Shown: positions 13,153 through 25,629 of the stretch, one piece after another
Layout of the letters: each line of letters begins with the position of its first letter
Position numbering within the stretch: the first letter of the stretch is position 1
The notes under the pieces: generated by a model
Seen by the model: the letters and a program-made list of their open reading frames with translations, nothing else
What the model was told of the DNA's origin: nothing
Databases searched by the model: none
From: Octopus sinensis
Lineage: Eukaryota
Length of the DNA stretch: 64,000 bases
NCBI RefSeq assembly: GCF_006345805.1
Contig: NC_043000.1
Location: forward strand, 157,356,001 to 157,420,000
Reading direction: 5' to 3'
Made by a program: the position numbers and the translations under genes

Positions 13153-16100
13153 TCAGCTATAAGGAGGTACATATTCCATTCACCAAAGTGGATGGAACTT
13201 TGGCCACGAAGAACAGATGTCATCAGATGGTATCTAACGTTCATCGAGTATTTCGACACTGAACCGTAACTGTAACTGTAAAGATATGTTCAAGTGCCTG
13301 ACATTTGCTCAGGGACTAACTGCAGAGGAAGACGCAGAAGTTATAACAGGAATTCTCGCTAAGCTGGAACAAAATCTAGCTGTCAGAAGAGTGTAAAAGA
13401 ATAGTAAATTTAAGAAACGATACAGAAAAAAAATTGAACATAAAGATTGCTCCCAAGTGAAACATACGCGAAATAGGCGGAATAGAAATCTAGTGTGTAC
13501 TAAGATACTGTACAAACAGGACAAGAATCAGGAAAACAATCCATGTTTTTCATGTGGAGGTTTACACCTGAGGAAAACCTGTCCATTTAAGAAAGCGGAA
13601 TGCTTCCGTTGTAGAAAAATCGGACACATTAAAACGCACTGTAAAACCAAGATGACAAAACGTTGGATCAAAGAAAAAAGAATAAGCAGTATGTCGTCGA
13701 AAGAAAAAAATTGTAATATAACAAACAGAAAATTCGTAAATGTGAAAATTAAAAATGTAAAGTAAAAATGCAATTAGACACTGGAAGTGATATAACCATT
13801 GTGAACGAAAAAAATTGTAAGTATATCAGTAAGCCGAAATTAAATAAATCTATTAGAGTAACACATGATGTTACGGGTAAAAGATTGTATTTTATCGGTG
13901 AACTTGTGTGTAACGTAACAGCTTGTAAGGAAATGAAAGCGTCAAAAATATATATGCAGAAAAATTCAGTTAATCTATTCGGCACAGAGAAAGGATGGTA
14001 CTATTCAAATAGTGGAATACACCCATAAGTGCTTTGTGTGGGAATATAGTCAGTTCAGTCGAAGGTTCGAATGAGGCTGAGGGACTGAAACAAAAAGAAA
14101 AAATCATTTAATTCCAGAAATTTTCTCGGAGGAACTGGACTGTTGTACGAAAACAAAGGCAAAAGTTGCAGTAAAACAAAGTGTAACACCTGTATTTAAG
14201 CCAAAACAGAATGTACCTTTCGCGGCAATAGACCAGGTAAACAAGGAACTTGAAAGACTTGAAAGACTTGAAAGCCTAGGAATAATTGACGAGTTTGTGC
14301 AGATTTTTCAACAGGTTTGAATGATTACTTAATCTCACATAACTACCCGTTGCCGAGTCCTGAGGAAGTGTTTACAAAATTGTATGGAAGGAAATTCTTC
14401 TCAAAATTAGATCTCTTGGAGGCATATCTACAAATCCAAGTAGAAGAAGAATGCTCACATTTATTAACCATCAATGCATACCGTGGCTTATTTAAATTTA
14501 AGCGGCTTCCCTTCGATGTAAATAAAGGATACAAAGCTGGATGACTGTGATTTTGTTATATTCTAATAAAAGGTGAATCACATGAATAACATGTAGAACT
14601 CGTTAAAAGGGTGTTCGAGAAGATAAGAGAATACAGTTTCAGGTTAACGGAAGAAACATGCGAGTTTTTTATGAAAAATTAACTACTTAGGACACATAAA
14701 AGCTGACGAAAACCGGATCCATCCCGAGCAACTGGGATAAAGATATGCCCACGTCGAATAATGTGACTATGCTACAAATATATTGGGGTTTAATGAATTA
14801 TTATCAAATTTACATTCCTAATATACATATAATGTAAGGGTCCCGCTCAATGATCTGTTAAAATACAAAATGGACCGATAAGTGCCAGAAGGCGTTTGAA
14901 GAGTTGAAAAGTAATTCAACATTGGACTTATCGTTAACGAATTTTGATCCACAGTTGGATATTATATTGGCTACAGATGCGAGTGATTACGGTGTAGGAG
15001 TCGTGCTTCTGTACATATATGACGATGGGAGTAAAAAAGCTATATGCATCACGATCGTTATTACCAGCGGAAAGGAACTATAGTCAGTAGAAAACGAAGC
15101 GTTATCAATCATATTCGGCGTGAAAAAAATTCCATAGATTTATTCTACAAACGGATCATCGGCCACTACTGTCAATATACGGTTCTAAAAAAGGAATACG
15201 AACACACACAGCAAACAGACTACAGCGATGAGGCACTACATTATTGAATTATGACTACAAAATGGAATATTTACCGTAAACATAACTAGGGCATGTGGAT
15301 GGTTTGTCTAAATTGATGCCAAAACACAGCGAGCCACTTGAAGATACGGTAATCGTAGCTTTAAGAGCAGAAGGAGAAATAGAAAATGCAATGTGGAATG
15401 TGGTACGCGAATTACCGGTAACCATAGAAGATATAAAGCGAAATGTAGTAAAGGACAAATTCATAGCAAAAATGAAAAGAACATTGTGGTTAGGAAAAGT
15501 AAATAGGAACAGGATTGGTGCGAAACGAAACCTAGACGCGAACCTATTCTCAATCTGTGATGGCGTACTGATGTATGCGCAGAGAGTAGTGTTACCTGAA
15601 ACACTACAAAAGAAAATGTTGAGGGAATTTCATGTTGGACATTCTGGTATTTCGAGGACGAAAGCTTTAATGCGTAGCTACGTGTACTGACCAGAAATGA
15701 TAGAGAAATCGAAAATTTAGTGAAAGGCTTTAGAGGATGTGCTCTAGATGAAAAATTTCCGACGATAAAAAGTGACCCTTGGCCCAAAGTAGATGTTCCG
15801 TAGTCGAGACTACACATCAATTTCGCCGGTCTCTCAAACGGTTGATAGTTTCTCTAAATGGCCAGAAATTTCTAAGTGTAAAATATCAACCTCCTCAACT
15901 GTGACAAATATTTTACAAGAGCTGTTTGCGAGATTTTGCATCCTAAACGGAATAATGTCTGAGAAGGGAACGCAATTTGTGTTTTTTGAATCTACAAAGT
16001 TCCGTAAAACGTTCGCTGTGGAACGTTTAACCACGGCGCTATATCAATGCAGATCTAATGGACAAGCAGAACGCTTTGTCGATACGTTCAAGAGAAACCT

Positions 16101-16914
16101 AAGAAAGTCGAACAAGAAAGTTACGGATGAGGTAGCTCTCCAACAATTCTCAAGAGTATACCGTGTGGCACTAAATCCAGGTACAGCAGCAGAGCTGATG
16201 TTTGCGATGGAAATGAAATCAGTCTCCAACAAATTGCTAGCAAGCAAGAGAAGAAAACTTCCAAGGGAAAATACATCAAAATTTTTCAAAACTGGCGAAA
16301 AGGAGGTGTTTGTGAGGGTATATAAGAACGGAAAACAGTGTTGGGAACATAGCGTGATTACCAAAGGCATGGAAAAAACGCTGTACATGGTAAAAAGTAG
16401 AAAAGGTGTTTACAAGAGACACATGAACCATCTGAAAAAAGATTCGTTGAGAGCGAATCCAAGAGAATGGAAGACCCAATAGAATAGTAATATGATACTT
16501 TTCAAATTACCAACGCCACTACAGGTGATTGAAGCTTGGCGCATAAGCGTAAGAAAAGAAAATGCACGGAGAGTCTGAAGGTAGATGCCAAACGGAAAAA
16601 ATACATTAAATGTGTAACTAAGAAAAATCAAAAAATCAAAAAGGTAGGTGGGAGTGATATAAAAAGTATTGCTATTAAAAGAAGTAAAATGATACTCCTA
16701 AGAAATAAAGAAAACCTTTAAAGGGGAGATATTGTGGGGATAATAGTAATAATAGTACACCTCTCCTACCTGACGAGTGGTATGTGCTAGTCGCTATAAA
16801 TAAGGTGACATCGGTCAGTATAAGAGGAGATACGTAGTAGACGGTCATAGATAGTCGTGGTCATGTTTTACTAACTATACAGCTATACCAGAGTGGGCGT
16901 TAAGGAATACAACA
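13146..16914 (+). mobile_element. Decayed Ty3/gypsy LTR retrotransposon (gag-PR-RT-RH-IN and putative 3' LTR)
   Basis: Gag knuckles CFSCGGLHLRKTC and CFRCRKIGHIKTHC (ORF 13457), protease LDTGSD (13768), RT FSKLDLLEAYLQI..GLFKFKRLPF (14317), RNase H LATDASDYGVG (~14970), integrase HVGHSGISRTK and SNGQAERFVDTFK (15295, 15793). Many stops and frameshifts. Purine tract aaaggggagata followed by TG at 16733. Confidence 0.93.
16733..16914 (+). repeat. Putative 3' LTR of the gypsy element (~180 bp, TG...CA)
   Basis: Starts tgtgggga right after the polypurine tract and ends aatacaaca before a (CATA)n array. No matching 5' LTR seen. Confidence 0.55.
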
Positions 16915-17029
16915 CACATACGTACATACATATATACATACATACATGCATACATACATACATACATACATGCATACATACATACATACATACATATACA
17001 TACATACATACATACATACATACATACAT

Positions 17030-17285
17030 GGTGGCTGCCCCCTCGTTATCGGGTATGGCCATTGCACGAAGCTTAATCAATGTTGTTATCGTGCAATGCC
17101 TGTGCAAGAAGATTTTTTTTAAGTGAGGAAAGGCTGTGCACTGAGTCAATCCCACTCACTAAGCAACAGCAGCCATAATCCGAAAAGAAGAGCAAGTCAA
17201 CATCATCGGTAACCACTGAGCCGCAGGTTTTATGTCGGGGTTGTCCCAGTTACCTGAGTTACCTTCTCCTAGAAGGATGCCCTAA
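17030..17285. repeat. 256-bp unique segment embedded in a (CATA)n array
   Basis: (CATA)n on both sides (~16915-17029 and ~17286-17365). Complex GC-richer interior. Confidence 0.55.
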
Positions 17286-17335
17286 CATACATACATACAT
17301 GCATACATACATACATACATACATACATACATACA

Positions 17336-17366
<31 letters not shown>

Positions 17367-18035
17367 GCACACACACACACACACACGCATATTTGCGTCA
17401 TCCGTTTGACTCACATGATTTGCACGCTTGAATATTGGATAGCAAAGAAATCAAAGCTGCTGAATAAGATTGTGGTTTGTCATAAGTAATGCTCTTTTAT
17501 TTTGACCATTTCATAAAATATGATAGGATCGGCAACTTGGCGACTGTTGATCAGTTGGTGTCAACAACTGATATAAAAGTTCAGTTGCTTTCCTTATGGA
17601 ATACAGCGTTATCATGCTAGTGCCGCCAGCGAATCTTTCTACTCACTAATTTTAAACTATTGGCTGTTAGTATGAACTCATAAATTTTCTATGCTATTTA
17701 TATTAAGCAGGAAAGTTTAATGTAAACCAAGGAGACGATTGTAAAGATTGCGACAGAGTTGTCTCTCATGTATCAGCTATCATGAACTGTCCAGTGAGAA
17801 ACGACTTTATTTATCACCAAATAACAAACATACTTTATGTACTGGGAAGAAATTACACAATTCAGAATATTACACTATAAACATTATATTATAAATCAGT
17901 GTAGATATTTATTGTGATGCTGCTCACAAAACTTGCTTAACTCTGAACAGTTGCTGGGAGTTATATCGTAGCTACAAAACGTATGTATGTTGTCTGTCTG
18001 CATGTGTGTATGTGTATCATATATATATATATGAT

Positions 18036-18098
<63 letters not shown>

Positions 18099-21045
18099 TA
18101 TATGCTTGGTACACGTAGACATGTACGCATTTCCCATCAAATATATAGTAATTATTTCTGTGTAGCCCTAGGCTATTTCTGATAAAGTAAGCTTATGATC
18201 ATATGTGCTCGAATGTGATTATCCCATAGTATTTTCACATATAGTACACCTACAACTAATTTACGTAATGTTGTCTCACCCTTGGTTTTAAAACAGTAAG
18301 ATGTCAGTTAAGAAATATATGGAGGTCAATTCTAGCATGTGCAAGAACAACAGAAAGGCTTTAATAATGGTTTATCATGATATAAAGTTGCTGCTAACCA
18401 AACACAAAGAAAAAGTTGCTGACACTCAGGTCAATACAAACGATTCTCTTGGATAATAATTTTAAAGGTAACCATGGGACTAAGTTATAAACCCTTTGCC
18501 TGTCCTGTGTATTACATGGAAATATTTCCCTGACCTCTGTGCATCATAGATGATACACATTCACAATATTTTGCTTACCGCCAGAAGAGCTTGGAGACTT
18601 ATGAAATGAAAATTTCATATTATTCAATATATGAGACAAGGTCTGAAGAAAAGTCTGAAAACAAGTATGGCGTTTAGGTCAAACTTATGAAAAATCTTTG
18701 AAATAATCAAAGGGTTAAGGAATTATGAAAATTACAAAAGATGAAAGTAATGGAAGAGAAATAATTGAATAATTTAAAGTGAATTAAAATATGTTGTTTG
18801 AAAAAATATTTTAATGTATCTATTTTTTTTTATCTTATCTATTTTTTCTTTTCTTCTGCATACCGTTATTCATTTTATGATTTAAATAATATAATATATT
18901 TTTAAATCATTTTCTTTAAATTATTTAGTCTATTGGACCATCTTTTACGTAGGCAGTGCGCCATAAAACTATTTTCCATAATTAATAACTCAGTCTGTAT
19001 GTTTTTATCACGTTTAAAGCACTTGTTTTTCTTCAAATGTTTTCAATTAGTTTGCTATCACAGTTCGAGCAGCTTGCTTGCAACACATGTCTCTTTTAAG
19101 TCTAAAATTCACTCTAGCCTTCATCGTCCTCCTTTCTTCTTTTCTATATACTTACCTTCTTCCCAACTCCAATATAACTATAAATATTTCCAGTAGTTTT
19201 CAAATATTTAATTCAAACTGAAGAACCGAAAGAAAAACTATTATTTATTTATTTTTTTACCTAGTTTAAATTTATGATTTTACGAACCGTATCTGTTACT
19301 AATTTTACGCCGTTATTTTATGCCTATTATTACAACGACTGTTATAGTACATTACTTCGTATAACACCTAGCAAAAAAGTTGAACTATGCAGAAACAATA
19401 CATAGATCGGTATACCAATAATATGGTCACCCTACTCTAAGAAATTTCTTTTGGAAAGTCTTCTACAGAAGCAGGACAATTCACTAAAAGATTAAGACAT
19501 GATTTGATTCTTTGGTCGAGCAACAAAATCACTATAACAGAGTTCAGTTTTAAAACCATCCATCTGAAAACAGCCTGATCCTATATCTTGAAGATATATT
19601 GTAAATGATAAAAAAAACCCCATTAAATCTAGACAATCTTTCAATTTTTCCCAGATTTGCTCTAGAAAAACATTATTTGAACCACAGTTTCATACGGTTT
19701 GTTGATGTACATGTCAACAGGTTTGAAAGCAATAACACAACTAAGCAATGAAAATGGCGCAGATTGAGATTTAATCTTCTGTCGGTGTATTCTTTGAATT
19801 TCTAAAGAATTTCAGTATATGTCAGCGAGTCGATACTAATTTATTGTTTATTTTAAAAAATTTAAGATTGGGATGGGATGGTAGATAATGTGGAGTTTCT
19901 GTATAAGGCAGAGGTCTTGTGGTACTGACCCTCTTTAAGAAGATTAATGCTATGTTACTTATTTAATATTGACCGTGCGATGTCGTTGGTAATTCCACGT
20001 CACAACTCAATACTCCATACACAAAAAAATATTTTACAGCTAAAATATAAAACGGTTTACATCATCAACAGCAACGCTAACAATAACAACAAAAGCATTT
20101 CGTAACGACATGTCGAACAACAAGAACAGCACATTTTCTGTCTACATGACAGTTAAATATTACGGTCGAATGGCTGACGGAAGCGCAATACAATTTAGTT
20201 ACAGCTGTTTTTTTATTAAATAGTCTCAACAAATGTTACCGAAATTTGCCGTCAGTATCCTCATTTTATTCTTTCCCTTCCAGTTATCCAGGAAAAGAAA
20301 GAAACAAAGGAGAAACTACAGAACACAACGTAAAACAAAACAAAATCACTAATGTAAGATGGCGACTAGTTTATAGTTATTATTACCGGAGACTAAAAAG
20401 TTAATGAACCATGAAACTAATAATTACTTATTAAAGGATTTTAGGACGAGACGGTTCCAACAATTTCTTCAATAAAGATAGTTGCTAATATTCTATTCTA
20501 TTCTAATAATTTCTTTCTTACTCTCTCTCTCTCTCTCTCTCTCTCAGATTTTCCCCCTTTGTTAGCTCTCTCTTCCTTGTTCATTCTTTCTTTCATCTAA
20601 TTCTTCCTAAAGAGTGTAACGTCCTCTTTTTACTCGTGTGTGTACGCTATACAAGCGTTTGTGTGTAGTTGTGCGCATGCGTTTCTGTGTACATTATGAT
20701 TAGCCTTTTGTTGCGTTGAGCAAATAACTGAACTCTGTGTTTGCTTGTATTCAAACATACATACAAATATAAGATTACACACACACACACACACGAATAC
20801 ATACACACACACACACGCGCTCACGCATGCAGGCGCTAGCACACACAGATTTTCACAGAAACATACAGGCTGTTACATCTGTTACAGACAGCCAAGCAAG
20901 TTCCCGCAGTTATGGTCGAGTTGATTCTTTAATACATGCATATATATATAAAAACATAGCGTACATACATAAAAATGTACATACATTTACATATATATGC
21001 ATACATACATACATACATACACCCACATACATGCACAGATATATA

Positions 21046-21082
<37 letters not shown>

Positions 21083-21092
21083 GTATATATAC

Positions 21093-21143
<51 letters not shown>

Positions 21144-21148
<5 letters not shown>

Positions 21149-21335
21149 GTGTATATTTAGGGCTAAAAAGTCACAATGAGGACAGCCATATGCTAGAAGA
21201 TGATCACATACTACCTAACTACAAAGAAAGAATTCACTGGAGAACATTCTTTCTTTGTAGTTAGATCGTATGTGATCTTTTTCTAGCATATGGCTGTCCA
21301 CATACTGGTTTTTTAGCCCTAAATATACACATGTA
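21144..21335. repeat. 192-bp fold-back (MITE-like) element
   Basis: Four perfectly complementary blocks of 26, 18, 10 and 18 bp around a 12-nt loop, with TA at both ends. Confidence 0.85.
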
Positions 21336-21429
21336 TTGAAATTTTCTCTGATTTTTCAGATTTTTATACGCTAGGCTACTGGTTTTAGATTGATATTAAT
21401 TAAATTAATATTCAATTTATCTCCCTCAT

Positions 21430-21463
<34 letters not shown>

Positions 21464-21769
21464 ATATATATACATATATAATGCATATATATACATACAT
21501 GTATGTGTATATATTTCTCGTTTAGTTAATGAAAAATAATCTCTTCAATGTTACACTGTATGTTTATTTCAGTTTATTGTTTTCTTACAACGTGGTAGGA
21601 TGCTACGACTCATCAGAGAAAGTTCGTAAGAATTTGTGATACCATGTCTATATAGATTGCAACAGATAGAAAGAGGAACGAGGATCAGTCTGGTTGTAGC
21701 GTCAGGAGGATTAGGAGGAAACGAGAAAAGAATGAGACGGAGACTTTCCGAAAAGTGTTTTCTTTGCTT

Positions 21770-22450
21770 TTTTTTTTTGCAAATATAAAATCTTTAATAG
21801 GTACAAATATATCGAATTTATACCCTGCCTGTAAGTGGGAACCACTCATCCTACACTCTCGTACCCACTACAGCTCAATCAGAACTGAAATAAATTGAAA
21901 TATTACAAGGCTTCACATGAATATATCTGTATATTTTTCATTTTCCATTTTCACATCCTTCCTCAAAAGTCTTTACACATTATTTCATGTTTTTGCGCTT
22001 TTCCCAAGTGTTCTTTCTTGTATAATTTTACGTGTATCCATGAATAATTTTCCCAAGTATTTTAATTCTATCTTGCAATGAATAACTATTTCCCATCCTT
22101 CATCAATAGTCGATAGCCTTAGTGATTATTCCAAATATTAAAACTCCCCCTGCATCATTATAATTAATTTGGAATTTATTATTATCAAAAACTTCAATAT
22201 TTTATTTTGTTAACTTGTTCACCTTATTTTCTAATCTTATTAATTTTTCTTTCTAATTAGTGAAAATCATATATTTCTTATCGGTTTTTCGAACCACGAT
22301 TTCAATATTTTAAAACTCATTAACATCGTATAGTTTTGATAAAAAAAAAATTAATATCTGTTCCTCTTCACTAACACCACTACGGCTGTAACACACCAAT
22401 CGCATCCAATTCACCATTTTTAACAAACATTATCTGGTCGAAATGTCTCA
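21770..22450 (-). mobile_element. Possible old LINE 3' end with an A-rich tail
   Basis: Minus strand ends in a poly(A)-like run at ~21770-21780 and has coding-like composition. No unambiguous motif recovered. Confidence 0.3.
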
Positions 22451-23029
22451 TTAGAAGTTATTTGTGCAGAATAAATCCTTACTCCACTTAAAAGTTTTTA
22501 TGTTTTTTTTTTTTACCCCATCGCAGTCATGTCAACGGCGCTTTTTAAACCATTCACCGTTGTCCCACCCTCACATTACTTTCTGCTCCCTCAAGTACTA
22601 CTCTGACTCTTCTTTCGACCCTTCTTTTCATATTACTCATCCACTCCATCTTAGCTTCTTCACTTCGTGTTCTCTGTATGGCAGAATCGTTAGGGCGTCG
22701 GACGAAGCATCTTACAGTATTTGTTTCGGCACTTCGCGTTCTGAGAACAAGTCAAACATCTCTTTTTACCTATCATCTCTCCGAATGTGATAAGTACTGG
22801 AACATATTTCTTCATCGCTTCCACCAAATTTATGGCCTTGTGCTTATAATATTATTATCATCATTATTATTAGATTATTATTATATTTTTATTAACGTGC
22901 TTAGATACTTATTTTTATCTTCATTTCTTTGATGTAAATCCTTCACTGTATCTTGCTCTTTTGTTTGGTATTTCGCCTTTGAGCTGGCCTCACCTAACAA
23001 TATGGGATTATCTGCTCAACGAAAGAAAT

Positions 23030-23715
23030 TATTATTATTATTATTTTTTTTTCCTTCTTTCAAATTTGCTTCCATTTCTTGCCGAGTGTCTTCCCGACTC
23101 CTAGGGCAAAGAAACTCATAGTATACATTGGTAGGCCATTAAACTAAACTCACTAGTTCGTTCATTAAAAAAAATTTTTAAAGTTAAATTAAAATACATG
23201 GGTAGTAATAGTTCTCACATCGACAATGCTCTTCTCAATACGTGTGATGTACCAGTTAAGACAATATTTTGCACTTCTTGCAGGGATGGTAAGCCAGGGA
23301 TCATTCTCATATAATTTTCGGTTCCCTTCTTGATCATTCCTAGTGCTCCTACGATCACTGGTATTGTAACCGCCTTGAGATGCCACATTTTCTCAATTTC
23401 AATGAGTAGGTCTTTATATTTTCTGAGCTTGTCAAACTCTTTCGCTGAAATATTATGATCACAGGGGATGCTCATGTCGATCAATAAGCAATCTTTATTG
23501 TTTTGGTCTTTCACAACAATATCTGGTTTATTGGCTTTGATGGTTCGGTCTATATGTACTGGAAAGTCCCACAGAATCGTTACATTTTCTCCTTCAGTTA
23601 CAGCTTCAGGGTGGTGATAATACCACTTGTCGGCAGTTTTGATATTGTAATGCCGACTTATTAGCCAGTGTAGATATTGGCCAACTCTGTCATGTCTTAA
23701 TTTATACTCCACTGG
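23030..23715 (-). mobile_element. 5'-truncated R4/Dong-clade non-LTR retrotransposon (restriction-like endonuclease domain and 3' UTR)
   Basis: ORF 23215-23712 KLRHDRVGQYLHW..ILWDFPVHIDRTIKANKPDIVV..LLIDMSIP..KLRKYKDL..PVIVGALG has the RHD and PD..D..K motifs. The 3' end runs into (TAA)n. Confidence 0.9.
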
Positions 23716-24097
23716 GCGAAATGCTTAGCAGTATTTCGTCTGCCGCTACGTTCTGAATTTAAATTCCGCCGAGGTCGACTTTGCATTTCATCCTTTCGGG
23801 GTCGATTAAATAAGTACCAGTTACGCACTGGGGTCGATATAATCGACTTAATCCGTTTGTTTGTCCTTGTTTGTCCTCTCTGTGTTTAGCCCCTTGTGGG
23901 TATTAAAGAAATAGGTATTTTGCCCATCGCTACGTTCTGAGTTCAAATTCCGCCGAGGTCGACTTTGCCTTTCATCCCTTCGGAGTCGATAAAATAAGTA
24001 CCATTGAAACACCGGGGGTCAATGTAATCAACCCTAACCCTAACCCAAATTTCGAGCCTTGTGCCTTCAGCAGGAAGGATTGTCATCATCATCATCA

Positions 24098-24168
<71 letters not shown>

Positions 24169-24171
<3 letters not shown>

Positions 24172-24891
24172 TAGTTTTATTTTTATAGCGTGCTTTCACT
24201 TCACTACCGAGCGCAGCTCTCTGTGCCTTGGGTATGTGCTGTGATTTGTTGTGATGCTCTGATGGTTATTGTATGGAAAGTGTTCTGCGTAGGATGTGTG
24301 CAGTGCCTAGTAGTGCAATTTTCTGTATGTTATATGTGTTTGTAAGTCCTGGTGTTTTTGTTATGTATTTGTCTGAATATTTTTTTTATCATGCCTAATG
24401 CACCTACTATGATAGGAATTGTTTCTGTTTTCAGATTCCACATTCTAGTTACCTCTATTTCCAGGTCTTTGTATTTTGAGAGTTTCTCCATTTCTTTTAG
24501 AGACACGTTGTCATCTGCCGGTATTGATACATCAATTAGAAAGCATTTTTTTTCTTCATGATCTCTGACAACTATATCTGGTCTGTTGGCCTTAATTTCT
24601 CTATCTGTGTGTATCGGCATATCCCAGAGTATGGTTGCTTTCTCGTTTTCTGTGACCTTTTCTGGTGTGTGCCTATACCATCTTTTTTCTGTTGTTATTC
24701 CATAATGTTGGCATAGCTTCCAATGTATGTAGGTTCCAACTCTGTCATGTCTGTGAATATATTCCTTCTTAGCCAGGACTGGGCAGCTAGAGATAATATG
24801 ATTTATTGTTTCTTGTCATATTATCTCTAGCTGCCCAGTCCTGGCTAAGAAGGAATATATTCACAGACATGACAGAGTTGGAACCTACATA

Positions 24892-24895
<4 letters not shown>
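24169..24895 (-). mobile_element. 5'-truncated R4/Dong-clade element inside a (TAA)n array, with a fold-back 5' end
   Basis: QETINHIISSCPVLAKKEYIHRHDRVGTYIHW..WDMPIHTDREIKANRPDIVV..IDVSIP..KYKDLEIE. (TTA)n on both flanks (24101-24168 and 24893-24940). Confidence 0.9.
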
Positions 24896-24940
<45 letters not shown>

Positions 24941-25468
24941 GAGTGAGAGAGCAGTTCATGCCATCAAAGTGACACTGGGGTAAAATATACGAAGCCCAGT
25001 ATACCCATCATGACTACCCGTCTGATAAAGGTACACCAGGCACATGCATCACAGCCATATGTGCGCGACATGGTGATCTCATATGAAGATAAACAGTGCA
25101 TGACCTTGCAGGTGGGGCCCAGTTAGAATTTTCTTCAGGTTGAGTAGCCCATCCCGCTCAAACGGTCCCTGAATAAGGGTTGTTTAAGGATGTTGAAAGA
25201 ACCACCCATGTTTCCAGAGGTGAACTATTCAAACCCCGAAGAATCCCTCTCAACACATGGCTATGATGCTCCCCCACTACTTCTGCTCGTGATCAGAGAT
25301 GCACATATCGTCACCACTAAGGGACATGCTCAACTGGTTAAGGTCAAACAACTGACAAGCAAATCTGTGGTATTGAGCAGAATAGTTGCTGTAGCTCATC
25401 TTTTATACCAAGACACAACAATGTACATGATAACACTTCCAATCAGTTAAGATCAGAAGCCATGAGAG
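24941..25468. repeat. Unclassified interspersed repeat (family E) between (TTA)n tracts
   Basis: 24941-~25150 recurs inverted and diverged at ~38015-38215 (gaagcccagtatacccatcatgactacccgtctgataa). No coding motif recognised. Confidence 0.7.
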
Positions 25469-25629
25469 TATTATTATTATTATTATTATAAAGGGCGACT
25501 TGGTCTTTCTTCATTTCTGGGTGGTTGAAATAAGTACCAGTTGATCATTTGGGTCGGTGTAATCGACGAGACACGTCCGCCCAACTTTCAGCCCTTGGAA
25601 AGTTTATTATCATTATTATCATTAAAAAT

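Noticed and set aside
19905-19932. Minus-strand GQYHKTSAL, reminiscent of KCNQ GQVFATSAL
   Set aside because: Central residues differ, the upstream hydrophobic S3 helix is missing and there are no suitable splice sites.
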